Below are positions 12,550 through 23,104 of a DNA stretch of 64,000 bases, one piece after another. The stretch lies in contig OZ024749.1 in NCBI GenBank assembly GCA_964016885.1, positions 3,224,001-3,288,000 of the forward strand. Reading direction: 5' to 3'. The notes under the pieces are model-generated. The model was not told the origin of the DNA. It searched no databases and was given only the letters and a program-made list of their open reading frames with translations. Numbering within the stretch: the stretch's first letter is position 1; every line of letters starts with the position of its first letter. Both the position numbers and the translations under genes were made by a program. This DNA comes from Eledone cirrhosa (taxonomy: Eukaryota).

Positions 12550-14389
12550 AAATAACAGTAGGCTGGACAGGTGTAAATCCTTGAAAGGTTTATTATACTA
12601 TGATCATTTTAATGACCGGGTCCCATATGAATCCGGTGATATCATCAGGTATTGGAATATAACAAAGGAATATGTAAAAAGCCATGGGTCCGAAAAACCA
12701 TGGGTCCGGGAAACCAGAGACAGAAATGGCGGCTGACCAACTAGTTTCACAGTGTTGGCAACCGAAAACTACCAGTGGATATCTGGTAAGGGGGCGCAGG
12801 CATATCATATACTACCACCACTCCCTCAAAGAAGAAGGGGAAGAAAGAAAGGGAGACAGAAGTGTGGTCTAAGGGTCAAACTGCATTCATGTTATAAAAT
12901 GCCGCGAAAAAAATGCTACCCAAAGAATCTATAGTGGGTGTCTGTATGGTCTAATGTGTGAACCGAAGATTGGAACGCTAAACTTATGTTGTGAGTTATA
13001 GGATGAAATAAATTAAATGTAAAATATTATATTGAAAAATGGTAAATTGAAAAATAAAGGTAGCGAGATTTATTTATTTAACGAACTTACGGAGTGAGTC
13101 TTATATGAAAAACATTTTTTTATTTAACTCGATAAGATATTAGGATGGGATATGGAGTAAAGATTTCGATTGGGAGACCCAGCCAGCACACCCACCACCA
13201 TGAGTCAGCCAGTCTCGTGTGGTATCGTCCAGCCAAAGAAATGGAAATTAATTGTTCCGAGTACTCTAGGAACGTAGATAACTTTGGCCCAGGGATCGCT
13301 AGCGGGAACCCAACAATTTCAACAGGCCATCGTCTACACCACGAATACTATTATATCACACATTAGGCGTTTATTTACGTGTCAATAGAGGCATGATACA
13401 GCTAATAGTTGTGCCCAAACCTGGAGTTTGTAGGTACAGGTATAATTAGGCGGCCAAAACAGGCGGCGCGGTGGGACTGGGGCAGAGCAAGCCACTCCGA
13501 GTAATTTTATTTACCGAAAGAGGAGAAATTTATTTTTCCGAGCACTCAAGGAAGGCTGAACTTTCCGAGTGCCCAGCGCGCAGCCGGGGAAAAGCCACCA
13601 CACAAGTCAAACAATGAAAAGTGCAAATAGATCAAAATTATTTTAATTTATTTTAAAGTCCCAGTTAGTCCTGGTTATAGGTAGTGTGGTTCTTAGGAGG
13701 GTAGGGGGCTATGCAGGTGCATAATGACTTGAGTAAGGAAAAGTTACAAAAAAATACCAATACATTGATAAAAATACATTAATAAAATAATAGAAAATAA
13801 TAAAGTAATAAAATATACATTAATGAGATAGTAAAAAAATTAATAAAGGTAAATAAGAGCCAATATAGATCAAGTTGTAGTAAGATAATATAAGATGGAT
13901 ATACTGATACAGATATAGAGGATGGAGAAGATGGAATGGTAACAGATTGTACCTAGTGTAAAGTTCGGGTTCCGAATTCAGTGCGAGCCATAAAAAGTGG
14001 AAGCATTTTTTTCGCGGCATTTTCTAACATGAATGTAGTTTGACCCTTACACTACACTTCTTTCTCCCTTTCTTTCTTTCTTCCCCTTCTTCTTTGACGG
14101 GTTGGTGGTAGTATATGATAGGCCTGCGCCCCCTTACCAGATATTCACTGGTAGTTTTCGGTTGCCAACACTTTGAGGGAAGCTGGCTGTGAAACTAGTT
14201 AGTCAGCCGCCCTTTCTGTCTCTGGCTTGCCGGACCCATGGTTTTTCGGACCCATGGCTTTTTACATATTCCTTTGTTATATTCCAATACCTGATGATAT
14301 CACCGGATTCATATGGAACCCGGTCATTGAAATGATCAAAGTATAATAAACCTTTCAAGGATTTACATCAGTCCAGCCTACTGTTATTT
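12550..14389. mobile_element. PLE-like insert with ~370-bp inverted terminal arms
   Basis: 12550-12916 is the reverse complement of 14003-14389. The arms carry a hammerhead and aataaa, with (TA)n nearby on both sides. Confidence 0.8.
14287..14344 (+). ncRNA. Type I hammerhead (one core mutation); inverted copy at about 12594-12653
   Basis: atac CTGATGA t atcaccgg...ccggtcat t GAAA tgatca AA gtat. The inverted copy has AAAA tgatca TA, so the consensus of the two arms restores GAAA tgatca TA. Confidence 0.7.
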
Positions 14390-14425
14390 AATTTATATAT
14401 ATATATTTATATATATAATAAGGAG

Positions 14426-15607
14426 TTGACGGACCCAGCATATTTATCAATGCCAGGACCGGTTGTATGTCAGCGTACTCAATAGGCAACGTAGGATACA
14501 TTCCCAGAGTATAAACATAGTTATTCGCTTCAATACAACACACGTAAAACGGCTGCCTATTATAGTTCCCAGACTCGAGTTTCGCCACACATAATGCAGC
14601 AGTAGGGTGCACTGCACCCTCTGTCTGCATATATTATGCAACAATGAATAACCGGCGTATGTGGCGTCATCAGCGGGTATCGCCTAATCAATAACCAATC
14701 GATCGACAGAATCCAAACCCCAGCCCATGCCGGCTATGTCGGTTTGTTACAGCCGACACCGTAAAGTGATTAGCAACTGGAATCTAATACAATTATGTCT
14801 CTCGCCTAGCCACCGATTTACAAACTTTACGTGGTGGCGGGTGATAGAAAACTAATCTTTTCGTTCCCGTCAAAAGAACTCAGTCAACGTGTCTCACACA
14901 CAAATTAATAAGAGGTGAAATGATGGCTATTAGAAATAACAGTCCCACATTGATATATAATAGATGGTAGCATTCGGCTCATGTCTCCAAGTCCCGTGAC
15001 TAGAGGAAAGCGATGGTAACAATGGTAGTGCCAAGAACCTTTAAAGGACTTTAAATGCCAATATCCATTATAGAGCGATATATAGTAGCGAGCTGGAATG
15101 CGGCAGCCGCGTGCGTAAACCAGTCTATTTCACAACTTAAAAGAGAGAGAGATAAAAATAATAGCAATAATTAGAGCGCATATGAAATCAAGACAATAAA
15201 AAATGAAAATTGTTTAACTTACTCTCATTATTCCGCTAGTTGGGAGAAAATAATAATTGTTTCTACTTTTGGCCCAAGGCCAGCAAATACGCAGTACATT
15301 ACTGGTACTTTATTTTATCGAATGAAAGGCAAAGTTAACCTCGGCGGGATTTGAACACAGATCGTAAAGGGATGCAACTATGCTGCAAAGCCTGGCGTCC
15401 GACTCTCTACCTATACTGCCAATCCAATGACCTTGGTGGAGAGAAAATGATAATGATTTGACGGACCCAGCATATTTATCAATGCCAGGACCGATTGTAT
15501 CTCAGCGTACTCAATAGACAATGCAGGATACATTCCAAGAGTATACACATAGTTATTCGCTTCAATACAACACACGTAAAACGGGTGCCTATAATAGTTC
15601 CCGGACT
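14426..15607. repeat. Pair of ~150-bp direct repeats (14426-14575 and 15458-15607)
   Basis: ttgacggacccagcatatttatcaatgccaggacc...atagttccc.gact occurs twice. Confidence 0.8.
15254..15426 (-). mobile_element. SINE
   Basis: Reverse complement of the main family. Confidence 0.85.
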
Positions 15608-15820
15608 ATATAATGTCTATATACATATGTGTACATGCTATATACATTTATATATTAAATGTATATATATATATATTTTTTTTATGTATATATATATATA
15701 TTAAAAAAAAAAAAAATATATATATAGTAATAATAATATATAGTTTCAGAAGAACCCGTTAAGGTTGAAAGCAGCGATTCTTTGCTTAAACTTTATCTGT
15801 TATTTTAATAAATATATATA

Positions 15821-15859
<39 letters not shown>

Positions 15860-17109
15860 TCGTGTGTGCGTCCGTAGATGCTTGTATTTATGTGTGTGTT
15901 CCAATTTTATATTTATCAATCTTTTCTCAAGGAATATAGGAATTATGAGCCTTATTCTATCGAATGTATTGCAAGAGGTAATTTACCAGGCAATTTTCCA
16001 TATATTTAATTTTGTTGCCTACATTCTTTCGAACGTTTTTGTTCCAAACATTTTTGTTCTTATTTTTTACTTCTAGTTTATTTCTTTATTTGAACTTAAG
16101 TGTTAAAAGAAGAAAAAAATCATATCTCCTTCTGAAAAATATTAATAGTTATAATAATAATAATAATAATGGTTATATTAACAATAACGTAGGCACTAGA
16201 GGCGATTTCATTTTGATTTTTCTCACAATAAAAGTAATTGCTTATTTCCGTTGGAGGTAATAAATAATATTGGGATGATTTTTTTAATTTACTTTTTTCC
16301 TGATTTTGTTGTTGGCTTCCATTGGAATTTCTATTATATTGGGTGTTGTTTTTGTTGTAGTTTGTGATGTTGTTGTATTTCTGTTTCCTTAGATAGCATG
16401 GATTTTATAATGCGTGTTCTGTTATATAACTATCCCGGAAGATATATTCCAATTCTTGCTTCCAACATGCTTAATCAGTGATGCCATTTCTACATGGTAG
16501 AATAAGGTAAGATTCTCCGCTTGCCAAAAATATGACGATAAATAGAAAGTAAAGAGTGATAAGAAGAAGGAACGGCGAAAATATGGAGACAAAGTGGAGA
16601 AAAAATACATGTACGTATTCAGTCAGCCATTTTGGAGAGTGGCTAGTCACGGGGTATCTTACGCATTCGAGAGGATTAAGAAACGAAGTAATTAATTCAT
16701 ATGTGGGATGGGCATGTGAGTATCCGTGCGTGTGTTTGTGTGTGTGTGAGTGTGCATGTGTTTGTGCGCGTGTGTGGGTGTAACCCAGCCCGATGTGGAA
16801 GGGTGAGAAAAGGATCTGTTATTTTTTCTAATAATGGAGTTTGATACGTGTCCTGGTTTATGCAGGTCGCTTTTGTGAAACTCCCAGAGGTGTTTACTAT
16901 TTAATCCTATAATGAAGCAGTAGGTTTGCCGTGGTAAAGTAGGACGACCAAACTGTTTTTCTATTTAGATACTGTGATCCCTGTGTGAGAAAGAAAAGCT
17001 GTCATCTAATTGTCTAATGTAGGACTTGGAGCGAGTGTCATGGTGATTTCAAATCCAAAGTTCCTGTTTTGGGATTTATCAACGGTCTCGTGTATGCACA
17101 TTTTATTTT

Positions 17110-17535
17110 GGTTATTTCATCTGGTCGAGTTTGCTCGGGCACTCATGAGACTAGGATGCCATCCATCACGATTTAGGATCAATGTTGGGAGGTCATTAGG
17201 GGACCATCCTGTGTCTCTACAAAGTTGGTCAATGTAAGTTAAAGCCGGTCAGCCAACCTTCCTCTGACCGTGGCTAGGTGCCCAAATCAAAATATCACCA
17301 ACAAGCTCCCGCTTTGGTCACCAGCAGTGTCCGTCAAATCGCATTATTCCTTCCCACAATATTACAGCTATATCAGTGATGGGGCTACAGATCAGTTCTT
17401 TCATAGGATGCTATCTCCATGAGATATTAAGTACGACCCTCAGCATCCGTGTTTAATTTCCATCAAGCTTGGATTCTAGTTCTTTAGTAAGTGTTCAAGC
17501 AATGGCACTATAAATCAAGGTCGATTCTACAGTTA
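17110..17535 (-). mobile_element. RTE-clade LINE reverse transcriptase C-terminal fragment
   Basis: Manual translation gives VESTLIYS..TLTKELESKLDG..RMLRVVLNISW...RFDGHCW..ELVGDILIWAPSHGQRKVG*PALTYIDQLCRDTG, with stops. Confidence 0.8.
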
Positions 17536-18588
17536 TTTAAGTCCCCATAATTTTAATGTCCGTATTGGTGCATACCTGATGTGCTATTCCTGGTGGAGTA
17601 GTAATTTCGTAACTTATTTGGTAAATTAGTAATAAACTTTCTTTATTAGTCGTAGCCGTCTTCGTGGAGGACCACGTTATAGTAATGCACAAGCGCATTG
17701 AACTTAATTCTCACTATAATTCAACCCTACACGATGTTCGAGAAGGGTTTTTGCTTTTAATAAAATGTTCAGGTTCAATTAAATAGTTTCACTGTAAGCA
17801 ATTTTACTAGCAAGACTTGAGTCGACCCTAAACTGTGGTAAATTACATTTACCTGACACAGATTTAGTTCCTCATATACAAAGTTACTGCATTTTTCCGA
17901 CTGAGCAATCATTGTTCATACGTCTGTTGGATCAACATTACGTTAGTTCTACCAAAAAGCATTAACAAAATTTGAATAGTAATGTATTATCAGAGGAAGA
18001 CTTAACGCTCTAATTCTCAGGAATATCTACTATCAAATGAGGTAGTCTAAGTGTATGTATGGCTGCCATTCTGTCTGTATAAGTGTGTGCATGTGATTCG
18101 TTGTATTAATATACGTGACAGATTGTTTAAGTTACTGCATGTCTATTGCCTTCCATGTATGTGAAATGTGAAATTTTATGTCGTAAAATGTTTACATATG
18201 CCTCTTTAATTATTACACATGCACAATATTCATAATAGGAAATGTTTCAAGCTGCCGTATTCAATCATTATATGTATATCTTTATATTCGGTCAACAGGA
18301 AATGTAAGAGAATTATTAATTAAAGCAAGCTCACATATGGATAAGTATATCTAGATAGGTAAGTCAAAGTGACATAAACTTGTTTAGAAAACGATGATCA
18401 TATTGAGAAGATATATGACGCCACGTGAATTTAAATCACAAAAATATGAAATACAATAGAGGAATGAATTTATGGACGCTCAAACACACATCTCTCTACC
18501 TCATTCTCTCTCTCTCTTTACCACACACACACATATATATACATATTTATATGTATATACATATGCATATATATTACACATACACACA

Positions 18589-18693
<105 letters not shown>

Positions 18694-18762
18694 GTGTGTG
18701 TGTGTGAATATTAAAACAAACGTACTGCGTGGTTGCAAATGGGTTACATATGAATAAAGTTA

Positions 18763-18866
18763 GTCCTTCATCAGTGATCTTCCAACCTTCATTGGTATTT
18801 CATCGCTTTAAAGATCATATACCTCCGGTTGGTGCGAGCAACGGCTAAAGAAAGTCGTTGGGACAC
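18763..18866 (-). ncRNA. Non-circularly permuted hammerhead-like ribozyme with k-turn, family A copy 1
   Basis: Minus strand reads gtgtcc-caacgact ttcttt agccgttg-ctcgca-ccaacc-GGA-ggtaT A tgatc-tttaa-agcgat GAAA tacc-AATGAA-ggttgg-aa-gatca CTGATGA a ggac. All hammerhead core nucleotides are present. Helix I is tgatc/gatca and helix III is ggtat/atacc. Predicted cleavage lies between 18818 and 18817. Confidence 0.75.
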
Positions 18867-19405
18867 ATAAATAAGGGGAACGAGCGAGACTGTAAACAAT
18901 CAAAGATGGTAATGCAACGAAAAGAGAGGAAGAAAGAGTCAAGTCCCAGATTTCTATGAATATAAGTTCGGTGAAATCGTAGACGAGAGAGAATAAAGAC
19001 CATCAAACCTAGTCGAAATGTGAGCAAGGAAGGAATTCCGCACAGGTCAAACGGGAGGAAGAAGGAGTCTAGTCCCTGAATTCGGTGAACATAAGTTCTG
19101 TGAAATCGTAGACAAGAGAGAAAAAAGTAACAACCAGCCTGGTCAAGCGTGCGTGAGAAAAGAATTACGCACAGGCCAAACGGGAGGAAGTAGGAGAGGA
19201 AGTAGCAGAGAGTGAGTGAGTGAAGGGTGAGGAAGAGGCTAACAGAGAGAGTGACTGTTAGAGAGGGTAAAGGGAGGTCAAAGATACAGAGAAAGAGGAA
19301 GCAGTAAGAACGAAATAGACAGGTCACTACAGAGGAAAATATATGTGCGAATATTAAAACTAACTTGCTGCGTGGTTGCAAATGTGTTACATAAGAATAA
19401 AGTTT

Positions 19406-19509
19406 GTCCTTCATCAGTGATCTTCCAACCTTCATTGGTATTTCATCGCTTTAAAGACCATATACCTCCGGTTGGTGCGAGCAACGGCTAAATTAAGTCG
19501 ATAGGACAC
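19406..19509 (-). ncRNA. Permuted hammerhead-like ribozyme, family A copy 2
   Basis: Direct repeat of copy 1, 643 bp away. The helix I change tgatc to tggtc keeps pairing through G-U. Confidence 0.7.
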
Positions 19510-19870
19510 GTAAATAAAAGGAACGAGCGAGACTGTAAACAATCAAAGATGGTAAGCAACGAAAAGTGAGGAAGAAAGAGTAAAGTCACAGATTTCTATG
19601 AATATAATTTCGGTTTCTCTCTTGTCTACGATTTCACAGCTGTTATGTTTACCGAATTCAGGGACTAGACTCCTTCTACCTCCCGTTTGACCTTTGCGGA
19701 ATTCCTTCCTTGCTCACATTTAGACTAGGTTTGATGGTCTTTATTCTCTCTCGTCCACGATTTCACCGAACTTATATTCATAGAAATCTGGGACTTGACT
19801 CTTTCTTCCTCCCTTTTCGTTGCATTACCATCTTTGATTGTTTACAGTCTCGCTCGTTCCCCTTATTTAC

Positions 19871-19968
19871 GTGTCCCAACGACTTTCTTTAGCTCGCACC
19901 AGCCGTAGGTATATGATCTTTAAAGCGATGAAATATCAATGAAGGTTGGAAGATCACTGATGAAGGAC
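19871..19968 (+). ncRNA. Permuted hammerhead-like ribozyme, family A copy 3 (inverted, part of the 5' hairpin deleted)
   Basis: ctcgca ccagcc gta ggtaT A tgatc tttaa agcgat GAAA tatc aatgaa ggttgg aa gatca CTGATGA aggac. The stem substitutions give G-U pairs. Confidence 0.65.
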
Positions 19969-20546
19969 TAACTTTATATATATATATATATGTGTAGATG
20001 TTATATTTAATTTGTTTGGATACAAGCAAAATATTTTTATATCTGATATAAAGCACTCAACAAATTATTGGAGATTCCAACCAGAATGGTTGCATTTTTT
20101 CAGCATATGTCAATATTTATTTATAAAACTAACTTATATTATATTTTATCTGAAGAGAGCTGACCATAGTTTGCCTTGGTGGCCCTTGAAATATGTATAA
20201 TGAAATAAATATGCTTTTATAAATATAGTTCCCATTTGTTAATATATTGTATATATATATATATTATTATAATGTATTATGTTATATTGCATTGTGTTAT
20301 ATATAATTCCTGCTCTATATAACCAAATTTGTTTAGATTTAGGTTAGTTGCTTTGGACTATATTTGTAATATGGTTCTTAATGTTATCTACATCCTTAGT
20401 TATTCTTATTATATATTTTTATTATTTTTATTTTTATTTTTATTTTTATTATCATATATTTTTGCAAGACTTTAGTTTATGTACACTCCATATTCTTCGG
20501 AGTTTCCGGCTTGTATCTGCCGATATTACTTCTTGTTGTTTTGATT

Positions 20547-20584
20547 GCCCTGATGAGTCCTTAATAGGACGAAACATTGTCGGC
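20547..20584 (+). ncRNA. Canonical minimal type I hammerhead ribozyme
   Basis: gcc CTGATGA gtcc ttaata ggac GAAA cattg TC ggc, located near the 3' end of an insert flanked by (TA)n. Confidence 0.85.
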
Positions 20585-20629
20585 TGATAAAAACTTTTGA
20601 TGTATTAAAGGATTCTTTGTTTTACTCTC

Positions 20630-20691
<62 letters not shown>

Positions 20692-20699
20692 TATATATA

Positions 20700-20750
<51 letters not shown>

Positions 20751-21438
20751 GTACTTGGGATCTTCTCGTTCTGTATGTGAACATATGTATTCGTTCCGTA
20801 TGTAAATTTTCTTGAGATTTCACTTAAGCAAAGTTGATGTTTGCTAACAAAGCTGACAGATGATAAAGACAATAGAAGGTTAATATATGACATACTGGAG
20901 TTAGGCAGTTGCTAATTAGTACGAGCGTCGCAACAAATTCCCGTCAGTATGCTGATCATGTTAGATGTGACCTGCTGACACCCGACAAAGCTTTCCTCTC
21001 TGAAGTCTTACTCAGCTGTTAATGCGTTATGAAATGGTGATGAATAAGTCGCGAAGTCCATACCTATGGACGATATATATAAATACCTTCAATGGGTTTA
21101 AATCAGTAAATGTTATTTTCTGAAATATTAAATCACGGCAAAGTTCGAAAATTAAGAGTGGTGGTTAAAAGACAGGTATATATATGTATATGTATATATA
21201 CACACGCACACACATTTGAGATCTCTTACAGGAAACTTAATAGAGTGGCGTTGCCAATTAAGGTTGATACTACGAAGACAGCCACTTTCTCTAGCAGGAA
21301 CACAATATAACAGCGGTACTCTGCACAAGAAATGATTGCTATGCTTCAGTAAAATAAATGCGTGATATGGAGATTGACTGCAGGAATAACTTTTAGCGTG
21401 TTGCACACATCCCAAGGATGGCTTTAAATTTGTATATA

Positions 21439-21735
21439 CAGTAGTCCTCCGGTTTTCTCAGGGGTTAAATTTCTAGAGCACCTACGAAGATTCAAAAACC
21501 ACGAATATTGGACGTGGTCCATAAAAATGCCTATAATGTCTTACCTACAATAAGCCGGCAAATATGGTATATTTTTATTAATTATTTAACTTTAATAAAT
21601 ATAAATTGCCAAGTAAAAACTATTAAAGCATCTCGGAAGATATTTACGATTCCGCGAATGTGAGGTGGTTTACACGAACAATTATTATTTAGAGTCTAAG
21701 GACCCGCGAATGTGGGACCGTGAATGCCGGTCGGT
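21439..21735. mobile_element. Tigger/pogo-like MITE remnant
   Basis: TA followed by cagtagtcctccgg, with repeated ccgcgaat motifs. Confidence 0.4.
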
Positions 21736-22491
21736 GGGGGTAGGGGTGGTGTTCATTGTATATAAAGCACGGGAAGAAGCTAAGTTGGTATACTGAAAAG
21801 ACGGTCCTCGACAGCGAGGCCCAACTGTTTATAGATTCCTTTATACATATATATACCCCCCCCCCCCCCCACACCCCCCCCCTCCCTCCGCCACACACAC
21901 ACACATATAAACGAACACATGATTTTATTCATATAAATATTTTTCCTCTACTTTATGAATATTTTAGTTACGAAAAGAAATCATAATTTCTTAATAAAAG
22001 TGACAGATTCTGTCAAAATAATACACACACCCACAGAGAGATGTTTACGCAGGTACGTACACACACATATACATTTATTCATACACACACACACACACAC
22101 ATATATATACATATACACATATATATATTAATTTATGCATCAATTTGTGCATTTGTGTTGCCATTGGAGTGTTATATTATATACGAGATAATCCCCTCAG
22201 GGGCTAACAATTTCATTATTAGATTATACGAATTTTGCCCTGAAGACAAATCGATATAAATTTCTCATTTCCCTATCTGTCATACATCGATATTCCTCTC
22301 GAGAATTTACCCCCTGTTATCGTTTAATAAGTATCAACATTCCTATACCTTATTGCCCCTAAATATGTCCCACTTTTCATGGTAACATTCGTGAAATAGA
22401 ACACAATACAAATCCAGTGCCACCCTTTCTCATCTTCACATAAAGAAAATATAATCTATTGGTATTTTTCAATATTTCGCAACATGTAACG

Positions 22492-22540
<49 letters not shown>

Positions 22541-22544
22541 AGAA

Positions 22545-22903
22545 TGATACGAAATTTCATTTCTCACTCTTAGTACGTCACTTACTTAAATGTAAGTATG
22601 TATGTATACGTACATACATATATGTATACAGACGTACATACATAGTATGTATATATATATACATACATGCACACATATATATATGCACGTATCGGTTTAC
22701 CGAACATTTATTAAAATGCTCGGTTTGTTTGTTTAAACAAACAGCCCGAATTACGCCGTACAGTGTTTAGGCAACCACGTCACCTTTTTGTTCAACACTG
22801 ACACAGGAACAATGTACTATTTTCAAGCTTATTAGCTATCGTCAGCATCGTATACCTTCCTGCCAGATGGTTGAACGTCTGAAAGTATATACTTTCCTTA
22901 TGC

Positions 22904-22905
<2 letters not shown>
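22545..22905. repeat. Interspersed repeat, mostly an inverted homologue of 29440-29780
   Basis: 22680-22905 is the reverse complement of about 29465-29700. Confidence 0.8.
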
Positions 22906-22996
<91 letters not shown>

Positions 22997-23104
22997 CATA
23001 TATATAAAAGGAAGTGTAGTAAGGAACCAGAAGGACCATAAAGCACCAGAGTACTCAATACTTAGTGTAGTAGAGTTTGAAATATATATATATATGTGTG
23101 TGTA

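Larger units (their letters stand above)
18703..19975. mobile_element. Non-coding PLE-like insert: partial tandem (period 643 bp) plus inverted copy
   Basis: 18703-18975 is repeated at about 19345-19612, and 19613-19975 is the reverse complement of about 18755-19120. Microsatellite flanks. Confidence 0.85.

Noticed and set aside
13940-14000. tggctcgcactg...taggta resembling the start of the family B permuted ribozyme
   Set aside because: There is no downstream TTTAA-GCG-GAAA or CTGATGA strand, so it is at most a fragment.
18845-19435. 196-aa ORF over the family A element
   Set aside because: Low-complexity reading of a purine-rich strand with no domain motifs. Conservation here follows RNA pairing.
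21010-21060. ttaatgcgttatgaaa...gtgatga resembling the permuted motif
   Set aside because: Helices I and III cannot be formed.
22236-22262. Isolated CTGAAGA (also at 56651 and ctgatga at 876)
   Set aside because: No matching helix II, GAAA and UH arrangement.
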